A stretch of 63,572 nucleotides of DNA, the filler included, from Octopus bimaculoides (taxonomy: Eukaryota), in the NCBI RefSeq assembly GCF_001194135.2. It is 7 parts of 7 records of this genome, joined end to end, with 100 filler letters (N's around TTAATTAATTAA, not from the genome) between each part and the next. Parts side by side here need not be neighbours in the genome. Positions count along the whole stretch, not along the records: positions 21,859 to 43,533 come from NC_068996.1; 6 more parts are not named here. One strand, 5' to 3'. Every line of letters begins with the position of its first letter. The stretch's first letter is position 1. The notes below the pieces were generated by a model. That model saw nothing but the letters and a program-made list of their open reading frames with translations. It made no database searches and was not told the DNA's origin. This document shows, one piece after another, positions 25,381 through 39,730 of the stretch. The translations under genes and the position numbers were made by a program.

Positions 25381-26777
25381 ATATATATATATATGATTTT
25401 TTAGGTAATTTTAAATGTCTTGCCCGCTTACGCTTTGGTATTCCGCTAAATTTCGTTTTGAGAACAATTTAGGTCTCAGTAGACACAAGATGTGATCTAT
25501 TTCTAGCACATTGAATGTCCACGTTAGTGGTCAACGTTATATATAAAAATATACTTTAATCCCCTGAGATTGCAGATATTGTTTCTGAATCTCCTTGATT
25601 CTTTAAATGTGCTAGCTTCCTGGTAATTAATCGATATTAATTAATATATGATTTTTACCCTATGTTAATATATATATATATANNNNNNNNNNNNNNNNNN
25701 NNNNNNNNNNNNNNNNNNNNNNNNNNNNNNNNNNNNNNNNNNNNNNNNNNNNNNNNNNNNNNNNNNNNNNNNNNNNNNNNNNNNNNNNNNNNNNNNNNNN
25801 NNNNNNNNNNNNNNNNNNNNNNNNNNNNNNNNNNNNNNNNNNNNNNNNNNNNNNNNNNNNNNNNNNNNNNNNNNNNNNNNNNNNNNNNNNNNNNNNNNNN
25901 NNNNNNNNNNNNNNNNNNNNNNNNNNNNNNNNNNNNNNNNNNNNNNNNNNNNNNNNNNNNNNNNNNNNNNNNNNNNNNNNNNNNNNNNNNNNNNNNNNNN
26001 NNNNNNNNNNNNNNNNNNNNNNNNNNNNNNNNNNNNNNNNNNNNNNNNNNNNNNNNNNNNNNNNNNNNNNNNNNNNNNNNNNNNNNNNNNNNNNNNNNNN
26101 NNNNNNNNNNNNNNNNNNNNNNNNNNNNNNNNNNNNNNNNNNNNNNNTATATATATATATATAAAATAGAAAATGGGACAAGAACGCAAAACATCCAGAC
26201 GGTTAGGTGATATAAAAAAAGGACAACAAAACATCTAGATAGACAATACGAAGAAAACAAACACGAGTCATTCGGAACTTTCTTTCCTCAGTCGAGTTCC
26301 AGATTATCTTTGCAATGTCGGCTGGTTATACTCGAGATTGCTCCAATCTGGCCAGCCCCAAGGAAAAAACTAAGAAAGCGGCGAATGTATACGAAAACAA
26401 GGTTGCAAAAAAATAAAAAACAACGGAGAATGTTACACAAATACAAATAACAGGACATAACAACAGGTATCTTTCGACTAGGGGCGAATTAGATTAAGCT
26501 GGCGTGTGTGGAAGTAAAGCCTTACGGCAGGGATACAAGTTTCGCAGGCACAGGGAGCAATATAGATGCTGCACGGGCGATGGCCGAACCAATAAAGAAA
26601 GGTCAGGCTTGGCCGAACACACGTGGGGGAGAGAAGAGAGAGAGAGAGAGGTAGAGGCAGAGGGATAGAAGAAATAAGGAGGGGCGAGAAAAAATGACAG
26701 GGACACAGTGAAGTGAAAAGAGGAGGGAAAGTGAGCATGAAGAGAAGACAAGGAAATGTGAGAGAGGATGTATATAC

Positions 26778-26829
<52 letters not shown>

Positions 26830-26860
26830 ATGTTTCTCTCTCTCTCTCTCTACACACACA

Positions 26861-26945
<85 letters not shown>

Positions 26946-27841
26946 GTCTACGAGGATTACTTTGTATAGTTTTTGAAGTGTAAAGGTGATTTTTTTAAAA
27001 TCATTTTTTAAAAATGTTATGAAATCTTTTGTGAGGATGTTAATAACCTTTTTTGGGAAGATGTTTTTTTTTTCTCGTGTGTGAGCACTTTCGGTACATT
27101 GCAACGAATTGTATTAGTGCCTATGTAAATTGCCTGTCATTCGTAATTTGTGCTGGCAAAGTGAAAATTTATCACGAAGCTCTTTTTTTTTTAATGTGAG
27201 AATGATAGCGTAAGACGTTGGGGTTCTAACCAAATTCAAAATCTTAGAAGTAATTATTTTAAATTTGGATAAAAATCTAACGCAAGTGTGTGAATATTCT
27301 GAAGAAAAATGTCAATCCACTTTTAGTATGTTGCTTTTTCAACGTCTCTGGTAAGTAAAGAATGGTCAACTATAGAACTTTCCATTTATAATTTATGCCT
27401 CGACTATCATTATCACCATCACCAGCATCATAAATAACCTTCATCTTCATTGTAAATGTTGTTGTTGTGTTCGTCGTTGTTATCGTCATCTCAATATTTA
27501 ATCAGAAAATAAATAAATTAAATATTAATAAAATATAACATTCTACACTTGTTTGTCCTTCCTATCTATTTATCATTATCAAATTCTTCATTAAAACATG
27601 CCCTAGTTTCACTGGAGAGCTAAACGTGAAAGAGAGGCGGATATAAGTCGTAAGTTACATAAATTTGTTTTTAACAGTAATTTAAACTAATTGATAGTGT
27701 CAAACTGGCTTTTCAAGAAGAGGAACGTTTTGTTTAATTCAGTACAAGGGCAAAGTATTATAAGAACAGGAATACTACAAGACAGAATATTTAGGGTTAG
27801 TCACTTTGGTGCTAATTCTTCTTCGCTATTCAGTATTCTTT

Positions 27842-27955
<114 letters not shown>

Positions 27956-28178
27956 TACACATGCATACATACATACATACATACATATCTACATACGTAC
28001 ACATATATACATACACACATACATACATACACATACATACATACATACATACATACACAAAAACATATATATATACACTTACATAAACACGCACACATAT
28101 ACACACACACATATATATATATATGTGTGTGTGTGTGTGTATACATATACATACATATATATATGTATGCATATATAT

Positions 28179-28233
<55 letters not shown>

Positions 28234-29129
28234 TACATATATACATACGTATGTATGTATATGTAAGTCTTCTGCAACCATCAGTTGACACTACGTCTGC
28301 TGTTCCCACGTCCTAAATTCTACTTTAGGGAAAGATTAAATAAAACAACAACAAAAAACAAAAAACTAAAAACTAAAAAAACTACATAACAGGATGTTCA
28401 GTATCTATAAGTAACAGAAGGTTCCTGTTATTTAGATTTTCATAAACTAGTCATCACTATGACAATAATGAACCTTTTACGGTCGACAGACGGACGCGAC
28501 CACAGATGTATAACGTAGACAAAGAGAGGTGGCTGAAATGACAAATAGAACACAGAAAAAATTTTAAGAGCTTAATCCAAAAAGGAAAAGTTCAATATAA
28601 TATGCAAGTGAAGATGGCTGCAGAGCGGAATAAAGATTCTTTAAAGGTAAAAAAAATAAATAAATAAATAAATAATCAAAAAAATAAAATGAAAATAACT
28701 GCTGCTCCTATATAGAAGGAAAATAGAAATCGTTTAAAGAAATTTAAAACGTTTAGATGAATAGTTAAAACCAATGAAGTACCGAATAAAGAATATAGAT
28801 AAATATGAATGGTTAATGTAAAGGTGAGTCAGAAGTTAATCTTTTAGCCATAGTTTCGTCGATAAAATGGCGATCTGGGCTCGAAATATCATTGCAAGAT
28901 TCGTAGGAAGGTGGAAACTATAAATTCTTATAACAGTGTAAAAGTACGGGCTTAAAAGAATAAATAAAATCAACGCTCAATTCATTAATTTATTAATAAA
29001 TCAAAAGAATTCTGTTGTTGTTGTTGATGATGATGATGATGATGATGATGATGCAGTTGTTGTTGTTACTGATGTTGCTGCATAGCCCCAGGTCAAACTT
29101 GATCGAATACATATATATAAGCAAAAGCT

Positions 29130-30000
29130 CTCCGGTGTTACTCATTTTGCCTTTGAAACCCTCACCCTTCGTTTCAAGTGGTCGGTCGAATAGCAAGAAT
29201 ACAGCTTTCAACTCTTTCAAAAATGTCCACCGCACAATCTCTTTTACCTTAAAACCAACAGACAGAGGAAAACTGCTTGTTCTTCTCGTTACTAGAAGAA
29301 GACAGCGATGGCACACTTACAAAGCACTCTACCACCTACCGGGTCTGTTCTACATATCATAACATATTCCCACGTGTCAGTAATGCAGGATGTTGGATGA
29401 ATGTTTGAAGTGCTTCGTTGCTCTGCACGCGTCTTGGGAAGGCCCGACTGACGAATTTTCCATAAAGCTTGTAGAACTTATTCCTAAACATGCTACTCTG
29501 TTTTCTCGGTGGCACTGAAGCCAAAGTTTTAACATTATCTATAGTCCCTGAGCGAAAAGCCCCCCAATAAAAACTTTGCTGGTTGACGCCTCAGGTCTCC
29601 CCAAGAACAAAGTTGCTCACCCCCGCCACTTTCCCCTACGGAATGCTATTTGTTAGCGTTACACTAGCTGCCTTGCCCGCCTAATAGAAGACAGTAAGCG
29701 TCTGCCAATATCCCCCCCCCCCAATCCCCATTCCTGATCTACGCTTAACCCAGAAATGCAATTCTAACAAAAAGAGAAAATGATTTACAAATGGCAGCCA
29801 TACCTGTTCAGTGCTCAAGAACCTCAATAGGTGTCACTGCTTTAGCGTACGCATCAACATCTGCGGGGTTCTGATGCCTCGATGCAGAAAGTGTTAGCAG
29901 CTATTGAACCTTCTAACCCGGAGAAACTGATTCTGATTCAAGACAAGATGTTCTGACCTGATCAAATTCAATCCTTAACAAAGTACGCAAGTCAGGCTTT
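29130..30000 (-). mobile_element. Tx1/L1-clade LINE, ORF2 C-terminal part
   Basis: ORF 28993..29316 (KEIVRWTFLKELKAVFL) and ...QSGLPKTRAEQ resemble the ORF2 C-terminus. Same strand and collinear with the RT fragment at 31410-32660. Confidence 0.55.
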
Positions 30001-31409
30001 AATATATCACTGAAACGCTGTATGCATTTGTCATCTCTGCTTCGACCTTTTTTTTTTGTTTTAGCTTTTTCTCATAACATTTCTAGTAAGATTGGTTACC
30101 TTGTTCGTAACTTCATCCCAGTTTCAGCCTAACCAACCTCAACTACCTAAACTAGACCTTTATTCCAGATACAGGAATCGTCGTTGGCAAGCAGAGATTT
30201 TCCTCTTCAGATACCAACATGTCGCATCAGGACATCATGGCCGGCATCAGTTGGGTGTATGCTGATGCAGCTCTCTGGCGTCTCCGCTCGAGTTGGATAT
30301 TTCTCGATATTTACAGTTTCCGCAGCAGTGACTCAAAAGCAGAAACATACAGAAACAAGAGCACTCAGAGAGCGCAAACCTCTGCTGAGGCAACACCAAC
30401 GTCCTCTCGACGATTAGCCAGTGATGATTTTTAAAATGAGAATTTCTGAAATAAACTCGACTGCTCTTACAAACGAGAATGAAACCCGACCACTCTCAAA
30501 AATTAAGTAAAAAACTCGGAAAAATAATCCAGAATCCTTGTTCGGTACCTGATTGATCCCAATGGTAGTCATGGAATATGAAAGTAGGTGTGCGGACCAT
30601 GTTTGTAATGCTGTGTGTGTGTATCGTTTGTAGTGGGAGCAGTGACAGTTTTCTCTATGAAGGCCCTTTTTAGTCTATCTACACTGATACAGTGTCTTTA
30701 CGACCATTAAAGTCTAAAGTGAAAAAGTTATCCATGCGTGAAAGAAAATGGAAAGGACCTGCATACGGTGCTCTTAACGGTGGTTTAGCAACATCATTGC
30801 GCACAAAAACGTGAGTCCAAGAAGTAAAGCTTCCTTCAAAGCAGAACTAGAAATGCAATTGTCAAGATGTTTTAAACAGGAGCAATATATTCAAAATTGG
30901 TAAAACTAAAAATTGTTGAGGATAAATTAAACTTATTATTGTTACTGAATGTGTTAGTGTTATTTAATTTCTGAACAGTTTTGCTGCAGTTTATTTATGT
31001 AGTTTGATTTCTTTATCCATCAGTTTCTACTAAGATAAAGACGGGAGTAAAATTAGTAATAGAGAAACGAAAATAAAACTTTGGAAACAGCAATACTGCC
31101 ACAACTTACATGGAAACCATGAGTGTGCTTTCAAGGGAGATAATAAGAGAAAGACTTGAAAGTGAACGTAAGATCGTAATACTTCATATAAAGTAAATAT
31201 AACAAACAATCCAGAAACCTTGTCCGGTACTGGACTGATCTCAAAATCTAATCAGTTCATGCCAGTCACGAGGCTAAACATCCGAATCCATCCAGCGGTT
31301 CTTGAGATATCTTGTCCACGAGCAAACCAACCAACAAACAAACAAACACGACTGAAAACAATACCCCAGCCTTCGCTAAAACGGAGGTAATTATGCGAAA
31401 GATTACCCT

Positions 31410-32660
31410 TGATAGATCAAGAGCGCTGTACTAAACGGTTCCGAATGATGGTAACTTATTGCTACCGTTATATAATGTACTGATGTAGTTCCTTAGTATC
31501 AGGCCGAAACCAACTGCGCGCAGTACACTCACCAGATGAAAATGCTCTCCTTTATTGAACGCTTTAGATTCATGGAATTGATCAGCACACTACCATGCGC
31601 TAGGGATTATACCGAATAAATCATAGTGCTTTGTGAAAACCTGACAACAATACCTGCAACATACGCTAACCTCTTTGCTAGCAACTTGACCAAAAGCTTA
31701 TATTTTAAGCAACGTCTCTCTCTTCTTTATTCATATCCTTCATCGACAGAGCCACAAATCTCTGACTCACACAGCTGGAAATTATCCCAGTCTACTACCA
31801 ACTCCGATAGATATCATATTCCGATAGATGCTATCAGTTTCAATAGATCTCTTATTCCAAAAAGCTTTACCAGTTCAGCAGATGGGAAGGATAAACAAAC
31901 CTGGTATGCTGCAATAAAGATCGTCCACAAGACCATTTAGTCATGATGATGTCACGTTGTAGTACAACTGTATAAAGCACTCGCTGTTATAGAAGCTAGA
32001 GTCAGACCCGTAGAGGATGGAATCGAAGCTCACCATATCCAATCTAGCGTTCCTCTCTAGCAAGTTGGTAAAATATTGTAGAAAAATCGCACACATCTGC
32101 TAATCAGATATCACATGCTTTCTATGATTCCTCAAAGGTCGAAATGTTTTATTGTTTTATGTGCTTTTATCGACCAGCGCTACAAAATCCAAATTCGCTA
32201 CTAACTTGTGATGCCAAAATACCTGTTTGGTGCTTTCTCCTGCTATTTTACCATACCTTACCGATTCTATTCTAATACTTTTCCATTTCAAATATAATTA
32301 ACCTCAAACAATTTAATTCCGGGAAAATAGTTGAAAGGGACGTTCTCATCACCAATAAATACACTCTGGTACCTTTTCTTACAACTCACCCTCAAATTAA
32401 ACAATTTATATCGCTAATTTCTCACCAAAGATTCTCAACGTCCCTTTTTAGTCTTAATATTTCACAAATCCGTCTCCTACGATCTTTCCGCGCGGTAAAC
32501 GATGCGTTCAGCTTCCAGTAACTACGTTCCCATCTATGTATCCTGTTTAAGTTGATAGTACAGATCACAAACTGTGGTCTTTGTAGCCAACCATTCGAAA
32601 ATGTGAACAACTTACGCTATTCCTATCCACTGTCCATACAAAGAAACTAATATCTGGACG
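31410..32660 (-). mobile_element. Tx1/L1-clade LINE, APE end and RT, degenerate
   Basis: YWKLNAS (32422..32610), YKLLVKLLAKRL, and ESKAFNKGEHFHLVSVLRAVGFGLILRNYISTLY (a KAFD-like RT motif). Confidence 0.8.
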
Positions 32661-33178
32661 ACTCACTGCAATTTGCCCAGTCCGGGTAGTGTATCAAACA
32701 ACTGGAAACCACAGAACATTCTACACAACCCGTCTCATAAGGTTGCTAGAACCTATAAAATCACTCTCAGCTACTGACATCTGCAAACACGATTCTTGCA
32801 ACCTTGGGCTTTTGCTAGCGGAGTGGGTCGACCAACATTTGTTCAGATGGCGAAAGGTCTGAATGTAGGTCAAGATACACCAAGATATTGGTATATGCCA
32901 AAAAGAGAACTAACACTAGATCGTGTAAGATGGAATGTTATATCTCAGTCACGTTTTTCCCTTTGTCTGTTTTGAAGAGACATGAAACTGAAATTTAACG
33001 CTCGTTGTATTCGAGAGCGTTTTTGACATTGTTATTTTGACATCTATATCTTTATCTTAACATATTTTGGAGTACAATGGAACCTTCTGTCGACTGAACA
33101 AACGTTGATAGATCCATTTAATTAACAAGAATCCAGAGGTATCTTAACTGTAATTTACATTGTGTGTGTGTGTGTATG

Positions 33179-33276
<98 letters not shown>

Positions 33277-33792
33277 AACGTTCACAACTCACCACTCACC
33301 ACATACGTTTAGGAAGTTTTCTTTAGAAGTAGGGCGTCCTGAGTTCGGGATCACGTGGTTGCAGATCGAGAGATCAGGGTGCAATGGTAAGCATCGCACG
33401 CGTCATTTTCTTTTACCTCGGGTCGAAACTATTTTTGTGTGCGAAACTATTTTTGATGGAAACTGTATAGAAGCCCTGCACAAGATGGTATGAATCTACA
33501 ATTCAAAAGTACAGCCTTGTCACTCCGGAATGCACAACCATTTACACGTTAATTAAGGGAGAGGTAGTTCAGTTGATCGAATAAATGAATCGGCATCACC
33601 AAAACCGACGGAGGCGCTTATTTGTGAGTGTGTGTGTGTGTGTGTGTGTATGTGTGTGTGTGAGTGTGTGCATGTATGTATATAGGTATGTATGTATGTA
33701 TGTATGTGTGTGTGTATGTATGTATGTATGTATGTATGTATGTATGTATGTATGTATGTGTGTATGTATGTATGTATGTATGTATGTATGTA

Positions 33793-33823
<31 letters not shown>

Positions 33824-34257
33824 ATGTATGTATGTGTATGTGTATGTATGTATGTATGTATGTATGTATGTATGTATGTATGTATGTATTTATGTGTGTA
33901 TGTATGTATGATTGCATGTATGTGTGTGTCTGTCAGTCTGTCTGTGTGTATGTATGTACAGACATACATCTTGATAATTCTCGAACCAGAATCGATGTGA
34001 AAGCTATATCGCAGCTTCTAATAGCCGTGAGAGTCGTCTCCCTTCTGTTTGCCAATAAGTTCGAACAATTTACACTGCCTATACATTGAGAATAAGCAGA
34101 AAGAAACGCAATGAATTCTTTCACCGTTTCCTATCTTGTTATTCGATGACACCTTTACAAAATCACTAAAGTGATTTTAAAGAATATGGCTGTCATTAGA
34201 ATTCTTTTAGAATAGACTACAAAGAATAGACTATAAAGAACATTTATTATTTCTCTG

Positions 34258-34470
34258 ACGTAAGGCGGCGTGCTGGCAGAATGGTTAGCACGCCGGGCGA
34301 AATGCCAAGCGGTATTTCGTCTATCTTTACGTTCTGAATTCCGCCGAGGTCGACTTTGCCTTTCATTCTTTTGGGGTCGATAAATTAAGTACCAGTTGTG
34401 TACTGGGGTCGATCTAATCGACTGGTCCCCTCCCCCAAAGTTTCGGGCCTTGTGCCTAGAGTAGGAAAGA
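34258..34470 (+). mobile_element. SINE
   Basis: Same family as 8893-9110. Confidence 0.85.
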
Positions 34471-34809
34471 TTATTTCTATGCCGTAATAATTGATGACAA
34501 AATACATTGGTACATGAAGTTTCAAATCCTATGTGTCGTTACGCGTTCGTCAATTTCTACTGTTCCACTTGAAGCGGTGTGGTGGGGGGAGGCTTGGAAG
34601 GCAAAATGAACACCACTGGAAAGATTTTGATCACAAGTATATTCGATCAAGTTTGAACTGAAGTTAAATAATAACAACGATACCAACAATACCTGCGGCT
34701 AAACCACCACCACCACAGCAGCAACATCAGCAACATCAGAAACAACTCCATAGACATTAAAACTCGCAGGATCCACAAACTAGTTGGAAACCTATACAGA
34801 AACAGTGAT

Positions 34810-35130
34810 ATCAACAGATTCTACTGAAGAAGAGACCAGTATTCCTTGTGCTGATATATGTCTACGTATTCAATAACAGGGGGATTCTCTATATTTATTC
34901 CAGGACAGTCTTTTACCCGAATGGCATTGTATATTGTTTTTGCGACAATGTCATGTAGCATAGTGAGGTAGTACCTTGATGGCATTTTTGGACAGCTGCT
35001 AATCACATGTGTGATGTCTTACACAGAAATATAGCATAATCTACATTTTCAGTTGTATTTTAGAGCTCCAATGGCTTTACGGTCTCTTTTGTTGATTAGG
35101 TATTTAGTAGCAATCTCCTGTTCTTAGATT
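34810..35130 (-). mobile_element. R4-like non-LTR fragment (CCHC region)
   Basis: ORF 34821..35006 HMISSCPKMPSRYYLTMLHDIVAKTIY resembles the H-I-x-S-x-C...RHD-x-VAK motif. Confidence 0.65.
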
Positions 35131-35212
35131 GCCTTCGAAATGCAATGTAGCGGTCACATGGTTTGTGACATTTCATTCCATGATGAACTACTGTCGAAAG
35201 ACTGGGCAAAGA

Positions 35213-35268
<56 letters not shown>

Positions 35269-35269
35269 C

Positions 35270-35960
35270 ACGTCCACATTTGAGTGGTTGAGTTGTTTCA
35301 GTACCCAGTTGTAATGTTGTAGTAGCTGTGGACGGAAACCATGTTGTGAATTTGTGGATAAGTTATTTTCTTCCAGGAACGTGATTAGTCTCCTGACAAT
35401 GCGCTCCATGACCTTGCTAACATGTGAAGTCAGAGAGATAACATCTGCTCTACTTCCTCCTTTATGGACAGCGCAGGATATATTATACCTTCTTTTAACA
35501 TTTTAGAAGTTTACCATGCAAGGAAATTTTGAAATATTAACTTCCGTAGTTTTACGAGTTTTCTTGCACGTCTTAAAAAAACAGCCGGAAATCCATTTGA
35601 GTCCATTGTTGTGTTCGAGTTCATGGCATCAATGGCTGATATTACATCTTTCTTTACGACGATGCGATCGATGGTTGCCTCTTTTCTATGTAAACCTGCG
35701 ATGTTAAAGAACTCATCAGGCTTGCGTATTTACATATTTTCCAGTGGAGAGGTGAGAACACATTGGAAATGTTTACCGGATACTTCGCTTATCCTCCTGG
35801 GTTCTGAACTTTGTGAACCGTTTTCTTCAAACAGTGGCCCTATCTTGTGGAGCACAGAGGCAGATTCTTTTGAAAACTAGTTGAAGTCTTTAGGATTCAT
35901 TTTTATATTTTCCACCGGCCCGATTTCGTTTTCTTCCCTTTCTTTTTCACTGGCATAACA
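35270..35960 (-). mobile_element. CR1/L2/Jockey-group LINE RT fragment
   Basis: MERIVRRLITFLEENNLSTNSQHGFRPQLLQHYNWVLKQLNHSNVDVIY, truncated at a (TA)/(TG) microsatellite. Confidence 0.8.
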
Positions 35961-36376
35961 TTTCTAGATGTATATCTTAACTCATTAATTCCGAAACTTA
36001 AAACTTAGAATATCGGTAAGTACAATTGCTTTTATAGTAATAGAAATGGCACATGTTTATAACAATTAAGATTCTTCTAGTTAGTGTAATAATTTAGATT
36101 CATATGGGTAAACCAGGTCATTACATTCACGCACAGATCTCTCTATAGTAAATTAGGCCTGTATGAATTCATGTAAGAGTTACATCCCTTATATGTTTAT
36201 CGTCTTTGTTCTATGAATAAGATAGAAACTTATTTGGATATTTTATGTCATTAGCAGCAGCAGCAGCCGCCGCCGCCAAGTGTTTATTTGATACTATCTT
36301 TTTGTGAATGCCTGTGATACTATCTTTTTGTGAATGCCTGTGAACTCGTCGGTAATGACGCATGGATGACTGCAAA

Positions 36377-37237
36377 TACAGGGTGGTACAAAAGTAAGAC
36401 GAAAGTTTTGTTTTTTGAGGGTTGTGAGATGTGATGGTCAGATAAGGAGAGTGAACAGATCCTAAAGAATTGCTGGAAATTTGAAAATGTAGAAACGGTG
36501 GGCCAGAAGTAGGCAGAAACTTCCCTCACTGACTCGCCGTCAAGACAATCGATTTAAAAGGTAAATAGACAAATTCGAGGAGACAGGGTCAGTAAAGAAG
36601 GCGCCGAAATCCTAAATTCCACGAAGTGATACCACTGAAGGAAATGAGTTGGGCATCTCACGAAGGTCTTCGAGTCATCTCTTAAAAAAAAAAAATTAAT
36701 AAAAGCTGAATTTGAAGCCATACCGACCCAAAGCTCATGCCACACCTAACCGAGGACGACCCAGATCATCATATGTAGTTCACAGAAATCATACTGAAGG
36801 GAATTCATGAAAAGTTCCAATTCTTTGACAAGATTGTTTGATCGGACGAGTTTTCTTGCAAGTTGTTACATCAATAGGTACAACTGCATTAACGGGGACC
36901 GATGTGTCGCGCTCAGGAGATCTTCGACCTTTCGTGAGAGCACAGTCAATGGTAACAACTACCTTGACTTTATCCGCAAGGAGGTGGTGCCCACAGTGCA
37001 ACCTTTACCCAAATTTGGTGAGGTGTTATTCCAACAGGATGGGGCACCACCTCATTATGCAATGACTGTGTGCAATTTTCTCGATGCAACGTGGATTGGG
37101 CGACGTGGTAACACTGATTGGTCTCTTATTTTCCCAGACCCCATACCCGTAGATTTCATTTTTTAGGGCGTTGTGAAAGAAAAGGTATTCCAAAGGAAAC
37201 CAGCCGCTCTGCCTCATTTGCGTGGGTTCCTTACAGA
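36377..37237 (+). mobile_element. Tc1/mariner transposon, degenerate DDD transposase
   Basis: Starts TA-CAGGGTGG. ORF 36807..37166 reads LFQQDGAPPHYAMTVCNFLDATWIGRRG..W....PDPIPVDFIF. Confidence 0.88.
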
Positions 37238-38990
37238 CGTATCTCAAGGGCTTTCCTAGCAATAAGAGGGTATGGTACGATTTGATGACGCCAAAACGTT
37301 GAGAGCGTTGTTGTTCTGAAGCGATGCTGTTGAAGCTGGCTCTGCTGAAGTTCAATGATTTCGTCGAGGTATTCATCGTTGACATCTGCTGTCGCAACAC
37401 TAAACGTGAATGGCGGTCTCACCCATGCTGGATATGACTCTCTGGTGGGGAAGTATCCGTCGAGAGACTTTGCGAGCTCATCTAAGTGCATGCAATTGTT
37501 TGCTTCAGCTCCCCAGGTAAAAAATGCCTCCAATTCCAGACACGTCTTCGATCTTACTTAAACAGTCGTCCTGCAGGGGAAAGTTTGCGAAGTTGTCATT
37601 CTCTGTTCGTCATTTCCATAAAAGTAGCTTTTTTTAAAAAACTCCTTCAGGTTTCCTTCCGCTTCTATGATGTTGACTCCACCACCCTGCATCAGTTGAT
37701 TGAGATGATTGAGAGCATCGAAAATATCGGCCATGTACGCCAAAATGAGAATAAACTCAGAATTTTCGAAGCAATCTGCGTGACAATGTTGGTACTCTCC
37801 CCAAAAGCAGGGCTAATTCCACACGCATGGCAAAATACGATTCAGCACCTTTCTCGAGATAACCACCGAACGTTAAAATGGTACAAAAGCATCTCGAATT
37901 CAGAGTCCATTTCATTACACATTTTGGAACCAAAATAAATAATAAGACTACATAAATCAAAACTAATGTTAGAATCATTTACGCAGCTCTTTGAAGATGC
38001 GGTGCTTCATATCACTATTTCGCACATAGTTCACACATTCAGCTACAATCTTTAATACTTCTGCCTGTTTTGGTGGTAAGGTTTTTGTTACCAACGCATG
38101 TCTGTGCAAAACACAGTGCGTAAAAATGATGTGTGGTGCATCGGATTTCACCAGCGCTCAAAAACCAGAGTGTTGTCCTAGCATGGCTGGAACTCCGCCC
38201 GAACAAACTGCAGAAATCATATTCCACGAAAGCCCGTTGTCTCTGAAGAAGTCGTCCATGAGTTTCTTTACACCGGTTGACATGAATGTTGTAAGAGGCT
38301 TACAAAATAAAAACAAAAACCCCTCCATTATCACGTCGTCTTTCACATAGCGCACGAATACAACAAGCTGGCTTAGATTGGAAACGTTGGTGGTCTCGTC
38401 GAACTGGAAGCTGAATTCCGCTGGGCTTGAAATCAGATCTGCAACTACTTGAGCCAAGGTGTCATCACTCATGTCGTATATTCTGATAGTATCATTTGAA
38501 AGATAAATTTAGGATAACTTACCTTCAGCAGCTTTTCCCAGCATGATATTCGTTATCTTCAACGCAACTGGTTTTACGAGTGTTTCACCAATGGTGTGTA
38601 GTTTGCCCTGCTTTCCGATCAGGTACGTGACTTCGTACGATGCTGTGAGGATCGGTTTGTCCATGAGTACAAAGCCGAAAATAGGCAGAGTAGTCTTTTC
38701 ATCGAATTTAGTTCTCCTAACACATTTCTTTATACACGTGAATCCATATTGTACATATTCGTCTAACCACTTTCTCTTTTTGATCGACATAGTATGAAGG
38801 GTTTGAAAGTTTAAAAGAAAATCACAAATGACGTACAATCACAACAGTCGCAAGTCGACTACCGAGCGCACCAAGTTCCCTGCAGCACATATATCAAAGC
38901 CAAGCGATGTAGGGTGATCATCTGCAACCAATGATGGCCAAGCGGAGCGTGACGTCACGAATAATACGAATGGACTGAACGGAACGGACA
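37238..38990 (-). mobile_element. hAT transposon (Buster/Charlie, ZBED5/SCAND3-like transposase), degenerate
   Basis: MSIKKRKWLDEYVQYGFT, GKLHTIGETLVKP, FSFQFDETTNVSNLSQLVVFVRYV, LAYMADIFDALNHLN, YPLIARKALEI; multiple frameshifts. Confidence 0.9.
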
Positions 38991-39529
38991 TACACGCATA
39001 AACCCGGGCTGATTTTTTAAAAGATTAATATTTCAAAATTAAATTTTATATTGTTATCCTAATTTATCTTTTAACAAACTAGTTTATCATGGAAATTTAT
39101 TTTGTGTAACAAATTTTTTACTAAGCAACGAAATATTTGTAATCTAACACGGCGAAGAAAAATTGTGTGTTGCCAAATTGTCGGCAGCCGATTTTTTGAC
39201 GGCCGACAAAAACAGCCCGACATTGCTAGTGTGAACCGGGCTATACTGTGTGTGTCTTGACCCCTGCCGATGTGTCCATCATTGAGGAGAGAGAGTTTTA
39301 AAGAGTTAAAGAAGTTAATTATTAGTGTTATTCTTCGCTACCTTAAATACGTTTTCAGTTAGGTGTATTTAATCGCTAATGACTTGGCTTGTACATTAGA
39401 TGCAAAAATACAGACACTTTCAAACTATTTGTAAGTAAGACTGTGTAAAAAATTTCCTAACAGCAGAAAGTATTAGGGACATCTCCAAAGCCAAACTTAG
39501 TATTCACCGTGTGAAAGTTCCCTGATAAT

Positions 39530-39730
39530 GGGTTCAAATTTTGGCACAAGGTTATGGATTTCGGGGATGGGGAAAGTTGATTACATCGACCCCTGTGCTC
39601 AAACGCTTAACTGGTACTTATTTTATTAGCCCAAAAAGGATGAAAGGCAAAGTCGATCTCAGCAGAATTTGAACTCAGAACGTAAAGGCAGACAAAATAT
39701 CGCGAAGCACTTTGCTCGGTGGGTTAACTA
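39530..39730 (-). mobile_element. SINE
   Basis: Reverse complement of the 8893-9110 family (aaggatgaaaggcaaagtcgatctc..gaatttgaactcagaacgt). Confidence 0.8.
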
